64,000 nucleotides of DNA, from the NCBI GenBank assembly GCA_016176465.1, contig JACOXD010000008.1, positions 7,680-71,679 of the forward strand. The letters are read 5' to 3'. Below, piece by piece: positions 11,820 through 21,092 of the stretch. Position numbers and translations under genes: made by a program. The notes under the pieces were generated by a model. That model ran no database searches. It saw nothing but the letters and a program-made list of their open reading frames with translations, and was not told the origin of the DNA. How positions within the stretch are numbered: position 1 is the stretch's first letter; each line of letters starts with the position of its first letter. The DNA comes from Candidatus Daviesbacteria bacterium. Lineage in GTDB: Bacteria > Patescibacteriota > Microgenomatia > Daviesbacterales > UBA10151.

Positions 11820-12377
11820 ATGATTTTAAAGATCACTTTTGCTGTTTTGGCTTATCTTTTTTTAGTTTATCTATTACTACCTGGTCCAGAGAGCATTAAT
11901 GACTTTCCATCCCTGCCCAACTCCTTGAAATCAACCGAAGAAGGGGACACTATCCAAATTCCAAATATAGCTGCTTATTTTTCTTATGAATATAGAGAGA
12001 GTGTAATTCCTTACTATTTGGCTTCATATAAAAAAAACACTCTTTTTCCTTTCTATCCATTTAGACTCAATCATCCACCGGAATTTGCTTACAGCGCGAT
12101 CAAAGACCAAACTCGCAGTACTTATTTGGAAGAACTTTTTTATCCCTTTAGAGACTCCATTTTTATCAATGGGTTCGAACCCTACTATAAAGATGGGACC
12201 CCAAAATTTGAGGGGGCTACCAATATAGTTGTTGAGGATATTTTTTTTAATACTAAGACCACTCTTAGGTTTTATCCTTCAACTATTTGGGCAAGGTTAG
12301 TTGTGTGGTTAGGAATTATCACTTCAATAATTCTTCTTTGGAACATTACTAAAAAAATAGTATTTAACAAAATATGA
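11820..12377 (+). CDS. Hypothetical membrane protein
   Basis: 185-aa ORF with N- and C-terminal TM segments, in operon. Confidence 0.6.
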   Translation: MILKITFAVLAYLFLVYLLLPGPESINDFPSLPNSLKSTEEGDTIQIPNIAAYFSYEYRESVIPYYLASYKKNTLFPFYPFRLNHPPEFAYSAIKDQTRSTYLEELFYPFRDSIFINGFEPYYKDGTPKFEGATNIVVEDIFFNTKTTLRFYPSTIWARLVVWLGIITSIILLWNITKKIVFNKI

Positions 12378-13795
12378 GGAATTTATTGGAGAATATTACC
12401 AAAGCGCAATTTTTACTTTTTTTATTTTTACTTATTTTTATTCCTCTTTATCCTAAATTTCCGCTTTTAAAAGTTACCGGAACGTTTGCAGCAGTAAGAT
12501 TGGAGGATATTTTTATTACCCTTGCTTTGATAATTTTTTCCATGAAAATAATTTTAGGCCACAAAGTAAAGGAATTTTTGGCAGACAAACTCATTCAAGC
12601 CTTTCTGGTTTTTTTCTTTATAGGAATAATCTCTACTTTTTCAGCAATTTTTTTAACCTTTACGGTCATACCTCATCTGGGAATTTTACACCTTCTGCGC
12701 CGGGTCGAGCTTATGCTTTTATTACCCTTGGCTTTTTATTCTATAAACTCAAGAAGTCAGTTATTTATTAGTCTGTTGATATTTTCCGGGGTTATTTTGC
12801 TTATTAATTTATATGCCATCGGCCAGCAATATTTGGGTTGGCCTGTAATTTCTACAACTAATTCTGAATTTGCCAAGGGCCAAATCCTAAGTTTAACAAA
12901 TGATGCAAGAGTTAATTCAACTTTTGCTGGACACTATGATCTGGCAATTTTCCTCTCTGGGGCTTTAGCGATCCTAACAGCTTTATTTTTTTACTTTAAA
13001 AAAATCACCTATCGGATTTGGATTTTCGTAGTTTTCGGATCATCTTTTGCAGTATTAGTGATGACTGCTGCCAGACTTTCATTTGTTGCAGCAATAATTG
13101 GAATCATAGCTTCTTTGTTTTTAATTAAAAAAAGATTATTTATTCTTCTTTTACTTTCTCTAACGCTAGTTGCCTTAGTTTATCCTTCTAAATTAAGGGA
13201 TAGATTTATTTCAACTATAGTTGTAAATATTAATCAAGGAGGTGAAAGATATCAGGGGACTGAGGATGAAAGAAGTAGGGCGAGACTTAATATCTCAACT
13301 TTACCCACCAGAACTTCTACTGATTCCTCTGAAACCGCACAGAGTAAAAGGGAACGAGGAATTCCAACTGATATTGCATTTAATGAGCCAACTGACCCCA
13401 CCCAACTGGGGGTTTTTAGATCCTTTCAAATAAGGCTAAATGCTGAGTGGCCAAAAGCCATAAGAGGATTTCTAAAAAACCCTTTACTGGGTAGTGGTTA
13501 TTCATCACTAGGTCTTGCCAGCGATAATGATTATCTTAGATCTTTAGGGGAGGTTGGCCTTCTTGGTAGTTTTGCCTTGGCGCTCATTTTATTTGAAATT
13601 ATTAAAAGGTTTAAAATACTCTTTACTTATAATGATAGATTTTTTAAATTTCTCTCCGCTGGAATGGTGGCTTTGATTCTTACTTTCTTAATTAATGCTA
13701 TATTTATAGATGTTTTTGAGGCATCGAAAATTGCATCACTTTTTTGGATGTTTTTGGGGATAGGACTTGCCGGATTGAAGCTTATACCAAAATAG
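12374..13795 (+). CDS. O-antigen ligase/polymerase family protein
   Basis: RVNSTFAGHYD, TAAR, NPLLGSG, DNDYLRSLGEVG. Confidence 0.8.
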   Translation: MRNLLENITKAQFLLFLFLLIFIPLYPKFPLLKVTGTFAAVRLEDIFITLALIIFSMKIILGHKVKEFLADKLIQAFLVFFFIGIISTFSAIFLTFTVIPHLGILHLLRRVELMLLLPLAFYSINSRSQLFISLLIFSGVILLINLYAIGQQYLGWPVISTTNSEFAKGQILSLTNDARVNSTFAGHYDLAIFLSGALAILTALFFYFKKITYRIWIFVVFGSSFAVLVMTAARLSFVAAIIGIIASLFLIKKRLFILLLLSLTLVALVYPSKLRDRFISTIVVNINQGGERYQGTEDERSRARLNISTLPTRTSTDSSETAQSKRERGIPTDIAFNEPTDPTQLGVFRSFQIRLNAEWPKAIRGFLKNPLLGSGYSSLGLASDNDYLRSLGEVGLLGSFALALILFEIIKRFKILFTYNDRFFKFLSAGMVALILTFLINAIFIDVFEASKIASLFWMFLGIGLAGLKLIPK

Positions 13796-13808
13796 AGTTT
13801 ATACCTTA

Positions 13809-14555
13809 ATGTTTAAAATCAAAAATCCATTTATAGTTTTGAGAAATTTTTTTAAAAGATATATCAACAAAAAATATCCAAGTTGGGATATAACCATTGC
13901 TTTGCGCTACTTTCCTATTGTTTCGGATCTAAAAAAGATCTATCAAGATGGGGAAAAGATTTTGGAAGTAGGTTCTGAGATTTCTGGTATCACGCCCTAT
14001 CTTAAAAAAAAAGTTTATGGAGTTGACATTAATTTTGATTACAGCAAACAAAACAAATACTTAAAACCCATCAAAGCATCTGCTATCAACCTTCCTTTTA
14101 AAAATAACTCAATAGAATATATTTTATCTGTTGATATGTTGGAACATCTAAATCCAAAATTAAGGATTAAGGCAATAAAAGAGATGCTAAGAGTTGCCAA
14201 AAAGAAAATCTTTCTTTCGTTTCCTACTGGATTGCACTCAGAAAAAGTAGATCTTGATCTTTATTTGTATTTTAAAAAAATAGGATTTGATTATCCTTAT
14301 TTAATGGAGCATATAAACTTAGGATTGCCTAACTTTGATGAGATTGTAGACTTTATAAGATTGCATAAAAATATTAAACTTAAGGTAAAAGGAAATACAA
14401 ATATATTTATTTGGAAAAATCTATTGAAATTAGGGATGTCTAATCATCGTTTTAAATCAAGTCTGTATAAAAGATTCCTAATTTTATTTCCCATTTTACG
14501 CCATTTAAACTTTCATCCAACTTATCGTAAACTTTTTATTTTGGAGTTATTGTGA
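13809..14555 (+). CDS. Class I SAM-dependent methyltransferase
   Basis: ILEVGS, LPF, DMLEH; paralog of 54186..54878. Confidence 0.8.
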   Translation: MFKIKNPFIVLRNFFKRYINKKYPSWDITIALRYFPIVSDLKKIYQDGEKILEVGSEISGITPYLKKKVYGVDINFDYSKQNKYLKPIKASAINLPFKNNSIEYILSVDMLEHLNPKLRIKAIKEMLRVAKKKIFLSFPTGLHSEKVDLDLYLYFKKIGFDYPYLMEHINLGLPNFDEIVDFIRLHKNIKLKVKGNTNIFIWKNLLKLGMSNHRFKSSLYKRFLILFPILRHLNFHPTYRKLFILELL

Positions 14556-16009
14556 AATTTTTTAAGCTTGAATTTTTTTTACTTATTCTTATAGTTTTAC
14601 TAGGCTTTTATTTAAGGCTTTATAAAATTGATAATCCTATTGCTGACTGGCACTCTTGGAGACAAGCTGATACAGCAGCTGTAGCTAGAAATTTTTTTAA
14701 GGAGGGTTTTAATCCGTTTTTACCTAAATATGATGATATGTCAGGCGTTGCGGAAAAACCTTACCCTAACCCTAATCGATTTAGATTTGTAGAATTTCCA
14801 ATTTATCCCAGTTTAATTTATTTGGGGTATTTAATTAATGGAGGAGTAGATGAAAAAATTGCTAGATTTGTCTCAATACTTTTTTCTTTGGGTTCAATCG
14901 TTTTTTTGTACTTAATTACCAAAAGGTATTTAGATAAATTTAGTGCTTATCTAGCCGCAATACTTTTTGCCATTACTCCTTTTGTGGTCTTTTTTTCCAG
15001 AGCGATTTTACCTGAATCATCCCTACTATTTTTTTGTTTGGGCATGGTTTATTTTACAGATCGGTGGATTTATGAAGATAAACGCAACCTATTACTTTTA
15101 AGCATTTTTTTTACTTCCGCTGCTTTCTTAACCAAGCCAATGGCCATTTTTTATCTGATACCTTTATTTTTCTTAATCTATAAAAAAGAAGGCAAACTTA
15201 ACTTTAATCCAACTCGTTATTTAGTTTGGATTATTCCTTCCTTGTTGCCACTACTTGCTTGGAGATTGTGGATTAGTCAGCATCCAGAAGGTATACCAGC
15301 CTCCAACTGGTTGCTTAACGGAGCTGATTCAAGCGGAAAAACTATCAGATTTAGACCTGCTTTTTGGAGATGGATTATCTCTGATCGGTTAAGTAGAGAA
15401 ATATTATCTCCCATTGGTTTAGGTGTTTTTCTTTTAGGAATTTTGACTAAATCTTCTTTAAGAAATACTTTTTTATATATTTTAGCTACCTTCAGTTTTT
15501 TATATTTAATTATTTTTGCCAGAGGAAATGTGCAACACGATTATTATCAGTACTTAATTACCCCCGCTTTAATAATCTTTTCTGCAAAAGGTTTTGGTCT
15601 TTTGTTCAAAGGAGCACCTTTTTTAATTCCCCGGTTAATATCAATTCCAATTGGTCTATCCTTGTTTTTCTTGATGATTTATTTAAGTTGGGTAGAAGTA
15701 AAAGGTTTATATCAAATAAACAATCCTGTAATTGTAGAAACTGGAAAATTTGCAGATAAAATATTACCAAAAGAGGCAATTGTGGTAGCCCCCTATAATG
15801 GGGATAGCGCATTTTTATATCAAGTTAACAGACCCGGCTGGCCCAATTTATCTTTCCCAATTGAGGATTTAATTAAAAATTATGGCGTAACTCATTATAT
15901 TTCAACAACCAGAGATGAAAATACTGTTAAGATTATGCAAAAATATAAAGTCTTAGAGGATAATCCTAAGTTTGTAATTGTAGATGTCCGATATGAGGAT
16001 CTTAAATAG
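14552..16009 (+). CDS. GT-C (ArnT-like) glycosyltransferase
   Basis: HSWRQADTAAVARNF, EFPIY, HDYYQ. Confidence 0.8.
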   Translation: MKFFKLEFFLLILIVLLGFYLRLYKIDNPIADWHSWRQADTAAVARNFFKEGFNPFLPKYDDMSGVAEKPYPNPNRFRFVEFPIYPSLIYLGYLINGGVDEKIARFVSILFSLGSIVFLYLITKRYLDKFSAYLAAILFAITPFVVFFSRAILPESSLLFFCLGMVYFTDRWIYEDKRNLLLLSIFFTSAAFLTKPMAIFYLIPLFFLIYKKEGKLNFNPTRYLVWIIPSLLPLLAWRLWISQHPEGIPASNWLLNGADSSGKTIRFRPAFWRWIISDRLSREILSPIGLGVFLLGILTKSSLRNTFLYILATFSFLYLIIFARGNVQHDYYQYLITPALIIFSAKGFGLLFKGAPFLIPRLISIPIGLSLFFLMIYLSWVEVKGLYQINNPVIVETGKFADKILPKEAIVVAPYNGDSAFLYQVNRPGWPNLSFPIEDLIKNYGVTHYISTTRDENTVKIMQKYKVLEDNPKFVIVDVRYEDLK

Positions 16010-17197
16010 ATGAAAATCCTAATGCTTACTCCCTACCTGCCTTTTCCTTTATTAACTGGTGGTCAAACCCGTTCATTCAACTTAATAAAAAGACTTTCCA
16101 GTTTAGGTCACGAAATTACTCTATTTTGTTTGGTAAAAAACGCTGAGGAAAAAAATTATGTAAATGAATTAGAAAAGTACTGCCAAGAAGTTAAAATTTT
16201 CAGAAGACCAGAAAAACCCTGGACTATTGGTAATATTTTAGGAACAGGCCTAAGTTTTTTTCCTTTTTTAGTGATTAGAAATTGGGCTGATGGAGAAAAA
16301 AAAGCAATAGAGGAAAAATTAAAAAAAGAAAAATTTGATTTAATTCATGCCGAAACTTTTTATGTCATGCCTCATATTCCAAAGACTACTATCCCGATTC
16401 TTTTAGTGGAACAAACTATAGAATATCTAGTCTATCGGCATTTTGCTGAAGATTTTAAATATTTTTTCCTTAAACCGCTACTTTTACTTGATGTTTCTAA
16501 AATGAAATATTGGGAATTAAAATATTGGAGTATTGCATCTTTAGTTGCTGCTATGTCTTTGGATGATAAGAAGATAATGTTGTCTCAAAATCCTAATCTC
16601 AAGGTTGATATTGTACCAAATGGAGTAGATAGTAAATACTTTTCAAAAAAAGTTACAGATAGATCAAGTGATCCAATAATTTTATATGTAGGAAATTTTA
16701 CTTGGTTACAAAATAGAGAGGCGGTGCAAGTTTTAGTAAATGATGTCTGGCCTCTTATTAAAGAAAAACTTTCCAAGGCTAAACTTTGGATTGTGGGAAA
16801 ATCAGCCAAAAATTTTTTCCCAAATATAGAAAGTGAAAGTATAAAAGTAGAAGAGGTTAAAGATATTAGAGAGGCTTATCAAAAGGCAACTTTACTCGTG
16901 GCGCCTATTTATGGTGGTGGAGGAACACGATATAAAAATTTTGAGGCCTTTGCCTCAGGGTTACCTGTTGTTACTACCTCAATTGGAATAAGAGGAACAG
17001 ATGCACATGATGGTAAGGAAGTAGTTATTAGAGATTCACCGAAAGATATAGCTAAAGCTGTTGTTGCTTTAATAAATGATAAAAAATTATACGGTCATAT
17101 TGCCCAAAATGCCAGGAGGATGGTTTCGCAAATGTATGATTGGAATCCAATTGCTTTAAGGTTAAGTAATATCTATAAAGAGCTGGGTAGAAGCTAA
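16010..17197 (+). CDS. GT4 glycosyltransferase
   Basis: VPNGVD, GGGTRYKNFEAFASGLPVVTT. Confidence 0.88.
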   Translation: MKILMLTPYLPFPLLTGGQTRSFNLIKRLSSLGHEITLFCLVKNAEEKNYVNELEKYCQEVKIFRRPEKPWTIGNILGTGLSFFPFLVIRNWADGEKKAIEEKLKKEKFDLIHAETFYVMPHIPKTTIPILLVEQTIEYLVYRHFAEDFKYFFLKPLLLLDVSKMKYWELKYWSIASLVAAMSLDDKKIMLSQNPNLKVDIVPNGVDSKYFSKKVTDRSSDPIILYVGNFTWLQNREAVQVLVNDVWPLIKEKLSKAKLWIVGKSAKNFFPNIESESIKVEEVKDIREAYQKATLLVAPIYGGGGTRYKNFEAFASGLPVVTTSIGIRGTDAHDGKEVVIRDSPKDIAKAVVALINDKKLYGHIAQNARRMVSQMYDWNPIALRLSNIYKELGRS

Positions 17198-17198
17198 A

Positions 17199-18314
17199 AT
17201 GAGAATTGGAATAGATGCCAGGTTGTATTCGCAGTCAGGAGTTGGGCGTTATATCAGAAATTTGTTATCTAATCTACAAAAACTAGATAACAAAAATGAC
17301 TATTTTATTTTCCACTTAATGAAAGATTCTAAAAAATTAGTGTATCATAACAATTTTAAAAAAATTGTTGCAGACTTTAGGTGGTATTCTTTAGTAGAAC
17401 AAATTAAGTTTCCCCCGCTTTTAAATAAATATAATCTGGATTTAGTACATTTTCCTCACTTTAACGTGCCATTTTTTTACAAGGGCAAATTTGTAGTCAC
17501 AATTCATGATTTAATTCATCAGCATTTTGCAATGAAGCGAGCAACTGCCCATGATCCAATAATTTTTAGAATCAAACAATTTGGTTATAAAAAAGTATTT
17601 TCCCACGCAGTTTTAAAAAGTGAAAAAATTATTGCAGTTTCCAATTTTATAAAAAGTCAATTAATAAGTGAATGGAATATTTCAAAAGAAAGGATTGAAG
17701 TAACTCCTGAAGCAGTTGCAGACCAGATCCTCACCGCTATGAAGAAATGGAATTTAAGCAAATCACAAACTGTTTTAAACAGATTTAACATAAGGCCTCC
17801 TTTCATCTTTTATATTGGAAATGCCCATCCTCATAAAAATGTAGAGGGACTTATAAAAGCCTTTCAAGAACTTAAGAAAAAAAATAATAACTTACAACTT
17901 GTTTTATCTGGCAGTGATCACTACTTCTGGCAGAGAATAAAAAAAGAATTTAAAAATAATGGAATAATTTACACTGGGTCTATAAACGATGAAGAGTTGG
18001 TTGCACTTTATAAAAGTGCAAAAACTTTTGTAATGCCATCTTTTGAGGAAGGATTTGGAATTCCAATACTTGAGGCTTTTGCATGCTCTTGTCCAGTAAT
18101 ATCCTCTAATGCTGGATCTCTTACTGAGGTTGGAGGAGATGCTTGTCTTTATTTTGATCCAAAAAATCAGGAAGATATGGTAGATAAGATTAGCCAGCCT
18201 CTACATGATGAGAATCTAGTAAAAAAGTTAATAGAAAAAGGGAAGAAAAGAGTAAAACAATTTAGCTTTGAAAAATTAGCAAAAAAAACTTTAGAGATTT
18301 ATAATTCAGTTTAA
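17199..18314 (+). CDS. GT4 glycosyltransferase
   Basis: GVGRY, PSFEEGFGIPILEAF. Confidence 0.9.
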   Translation: MRIGIDARLYSQSGVGRYIRNLLSNLQKLDNKNDYFIFHLMKDSKKLVYHNNFKKIVADFRWYSLVEQIKFPPLLNKYNLDLVHFPHFNVPFFYKGKFVVTIHDLIHQHFAMKRATAHDPIIFRIKQFGYKKVFSHAVLKSEKIIAVSNFIKSQLISEWNISKERIEVTPEAVADQILTAMKKWNLSKSQTVLNRFNIRPPFIFYIGNAHPHKNVEGLIKAFQELKKKNNNLQLVLSGSDHYFWQRIKKEFKNNGIIYTGSINDEELVALYKSAKTFVMPSFEEGFGIPILEAFACSCPVISSNAGSLTEVGGDACLYFDPKNQEDMVDKISQPLHDENLVKKLIEKGKKRVKQFSFEKLAKKTLEIYNSV

Positions 18315-19198
18315 ATTTTTTCTGCTGCTCTTAATTTGCCACTTCTGGAGCGAGGGTTAAGGTCAATCTCTTCAATTTCCGGGGTAAGAGGTTTATCAGT
18401 TAATATTTTTAAATTCCCTCTATCTTCCTCCTCATCAAAAAATTTTTTGACAATTCTATCCTCAAGGGAATGAAAACTGATTACTACCAATCTACCCCTT
18501 TGTTCTAAAACCTCAAGTGCTTGAGGTAAAGTTTCTTTTAAACTGTTTAGTTCATCATTAACAGCAATTCGCAGTGCTTGGAAAACCCTTGTTGCTGGAT
18601 GAGTTCTATCAGTTCTAAGCCTTGGCCGAACAGAAGTAATAATTTGAGCCAATTGATTTGTGTCTTCAATTTTTTTAAATCTTCTTGCCTCAACAATCCT
18701 TTCGGCAATTCTTTTGGCGAATCGCTCCTCCCCTAATTTCCAAAAAAGTTCTAAAAGTTCCGTTTCATTTAACCCGTTTATCAAATCAGCAGCTGTTGCT
18801 TGCTGCGCACTCTGATCCATTCTCATATCCAGCGGCCCATCAGAATTAAAACTAAAACCCCGATTAGGAGTTTCCAGCTGATGGGAAGAAACTCCTAAAT
18901 CAAACAAAATTCCGGAAATTGGTTTTTTATCTAACCTCTTAACAATCTCTTTCAAATGAGAGAAATTATCTTGAATTAAAATGAGTTTTTTAGTATCTAT
19001 GTACTCCTTTAAACTTTTAGATACTTCATTAATTGCATCTTTGTCCAAATCTATCCCCACTACGCTTCCTCCTTTATCTAGTATTCCTTTAGTATGTCCT
19101 CCACCCCCTAAATTACAATCTATATACCAACTTTTCTTTTTAATATCCAAAAGTTGCAAAACCTCATCTACCATTACCGAAATATGAAAGTCGCTCAT
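18311..19198 (-). CDS. rsmH: 16S rRNA m4C1402 methyltransferase
   Basis: HISVM, GGGGH, DLGVSS, PLDMRMD, ISFHSLEDR; start moved to ATG at 19198. Confidence 0.95.
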   Translation of the reverse strand: MSDFHISVMVDEVLQLLDIKKKSWYIDCNLGGGGHTKGILDKGGSVVGIDLDKDAINEVSKSLKEYIDTKKLILIQDNFSHLKEIVKRLDKKPISGILFDLGVSSHQLETPNRGFSFNSDGPLDMRMDQSAQQATAADLINGLNETELLELFWKLGEERFAKRIAERIVEARRFKKIEDTNQLAQIITSVRPRLRTDRTHPATRVFQALRIAVNDELNSLKETLPQALEVLEQRGRLVVISFHSLEDRIVKKFFDEEEDRGNLKILTDKPLTPEIEEIDLNPRSRSGKLRAAEKI

Positions 19199-19236
19199 CC
19201 AGTGTATTATATTATATTTTGGTAGAATTAGATGAA

Positions 19237-20343
19237 ATGAAAGTTGCGCTAGTTCATGATGACTTAGTTCAATGGGGGGGAGCGGAGAGAGTATTATTGG
19301 GTCTTTGTGAGATATTCGAAGATGCTCCAATTTATACCTCAGTTGTTGATTTTTCTCATCCAATTTTAAACAAAAAATTTAAAAATAAAAAAATACTTAC
19401 TTCCTTTATTCAAAAAATTCCTTATTGGAAAAATTTTTATAAATCCTTTTTGCCACTATATCCAATAGCATTTGAACAGTTTGATTTTTCAAAGTATGAT
19501 TGCGTAATTTCCAACACTACCCGCTTTGCTAAAGTAATAATAAGCAAACCTCAAACTATTCATATAAGTTATTGTCACACCCCTCCTAGATTTTTATGGA
19601 ATTTTTCTGAAGATAAGCAAAGCTTTCTTTCAGATAAGCAAAGCTTCTCTGCGAGTAAAAGCCTTCAATTTTTTCCATCATATCTTCATTTTCTAAAAAA
19701 ATATGATCAAATAAGTGCAAATAGAGTTGATTATTTTGTAGCAGGTTCAAAAAACGCCTCTTTAAGGATTAAAGATATTTATAAAAAGGACTCTGATGTT
19801 ATTGTTCCATTTGTCGATGATAAATTTTTTAATTCTGGGGAAAACTTTGAGGGAGATTATTATTTAATTGTTTCTAGATTAAATAAATATAAAAAAGTTG
19901 ACTTAGCAGTAGATGTATTTAATGATTTGGGTAAAAGATTAATTATTGTTGGCAGTGGACCAATGCTAAGTTTGCTTAAAAACAAAGCAAACTCAAATAT
20001 TGAATTTATTGAAAATATAACTGATGAGTTTTTAATAAAACTCTTATCAGGTACTAAGGCATTACTCATTTTAGGTGAAGAAGATTTTGGACTGAGTTCT
20101 TTGGAATCCCAAGCAATGGGAAAGCCGGTAATAGCTTTCCAAAAAGGAGGAGTATTGGAAACGGTTATAGATTCCCAAACAGGTCTTTTTTTCAGGGAAC
20201 AAACGAAAACTTCCCTAAAAGAAGCTATTCAAAAATTTGAATCTTTAGAGTTTGATAAAGAAAAATGTATAAAGAATGCATCTAAATTTTCTTTTGAAAA
20301 TTTTAAAAGTCAATTTTTAGAAATAGTATTAAAATTGACTTAA
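19237..20343 (+). CDS. GT4 glycosyltransferase with a 14-aa mini-element insertion
   Basis: MKVALVHD, GGAERV, YCHTPPR, EEDFG; start ATG 19237. Confidence 0.9.
   Translation: MKVALVHDDLVQWGGAERVLLGLCEIFEDAPIYTSVVDFSHPILNKKFKNKKILTSFIQKIPYWKNFYKSFLPLYPIAFEQFDFSKYDCVISNTTRFAKVIISKPQTIHISYCHTPPRFLWNFSEDKQSFLSDKQSFSASKSLQFFPSYLHFLKKYDQISANRVDYFVAGSKNASLRIKDIYKKDSDVIVPFVDDKFFNSGENFEGDYYLIVSRLNKYKKVDLAVDVFNDLGKRLIIVGSGPMLSLLKNKANSNIEFIENITDEFLIKLLSGTKALLILGEEDFGLSSLESQAMGKPVIAFQKGGVLETVIDSQTGLFFREQTKTSLKEAIQKFESLEFDKEKCIKNASKFSFENFKSQFLEIVLKLT
19614..19658 (+). mobile_element. Double-hairpin mini-element dimer (2 x 21 nt), in frame
   Basis: TAA-GCAAAGCTT-TCTTTCAGA-TAA-GCAAAGCTT-CTCTGCGAG-TAA; 40/45 identical to reverse complement of 39358..39402. 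Confidence 0.8.
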
Positions 20344-20371
20344 ACTTTAAATTTAGCTGATAATAATCATT

Positions 20372-21001
20372 ATGTTTTATGACGCTCTAAAAAGATTAGT
20401 GGATCTTTTCGGCTCAACTTTAGCAATCACAATTTTATCTCCAATTTTTCTAGTTACCGCAATTGCTATAAAGCTTGACTCAAAAGGCCCCATTTTTGCC
20501 GATACTCCAATGAGAGTTGGAAGGAGTGGAGGGCTTTTTAAAATGTATAAATTTAGATCAATGGTAATAAATGCTCAAGATATTTTAATAAAAAACCCAA
20601 AGTTAATGGAGGAGTATAAAAAAAACAGCTATAAAATTCAAAATGATCCAAGAATTACTCAAGTTGGAAAGATTATTAGAAAATACTCAATAGATGAATT
20701 TCCTCAGTTTATTAATATACTAAGGGGAGAGATGAGCATCGTTGGCCCAAGAGCTTATTACCCTTTTGAGCTGGAAGAACAACAAGAAAAATACCCAAAT
20801 TCCAGAGAATTTGTTAAAATAATTTTATCAGCAAAACCAGGTTTAACAGGTATTTGGCAAGTATCCGGTAGATCTAATATAAACTTTGATAAGAGGGTAG
20901 AAATGGATGCCAAATACGTTCGCAAAAGATCTATTTTTTATGATATTTATCTCATTTTTAAAACTATTCCTGCAGTTTTGAGTGGAAGTGGCGCTATATA
21001 G
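20372..21001 (+). CDS. Undecaprenyl-phosphate sugar (priming) transferase
   Basis: FKMYKFRSM, DPRIT, SIDEFPQ, KPGLTGIWQVSGR. Confidence 0.93.
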   Translation: MFYDALKRLVDLFGSTLAITILSPIFLVTAIAIKLDSKGPIFADTPMRVGRSGGLFKMYKFRSMVINAQDILIKNPKLMEEYKKNSYKIQNDPRITQVGKIIRKYSIDEFPQFINILRGEMSIVGPRAYYPFELEEQQEKYPNSREFVKIILSAKPGLTGIWQVSGRSNINFDKRVEMDAKYVRKRSIFYDIYLIFKTIPAVLSGSGAI

Positions 21002-21004
21002 TTT

Positions 21005-21065
21005 TGGCATTTTCGCACCAAGCAGGTTCTGAGAGCTGGGTAAGAGTAGCGAAAAGCCAGTGCCA
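21005..21065 (+). ncRNA. Putative structured intergenic RNA or cis-element
   Basis: GC-rich nested stems TGGCAT/GTGCCA, TTTCGC/GCGAAA, ACCAAGC/GCTGGGT. Confidence 0.35.
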
Positions 21066-21092
21066 CCTTTAAGCTATTATAGGGAGGATTAA

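Noticed and set aside
13321-13347. TGA...CTCT/AGAG-TAA with 24-nt spacing in the O-antigen ligase
   Set aside because: Lacks hairpin A and the empty site is not ATAAA; at best degenerate
15323-15350. CTGAT/ATCAG inverted repeat around ADSSGKT in a GT-C gene
   Set aside because: A 5-bp stem is expected by chance; no family signature
19199-19363. N-terminal extensions in the ORF track (rsmH; also 57847, 61303, 61520, 33002)
   Set aside because: They overlap other genes, tRNAs or repeats; better downstream starts exist
21040-21065. JUMPstart/ops or SRP RNA
   Set aside because: No GGCGGTAG ops motif and no SRP CAGG/AGCAG loop
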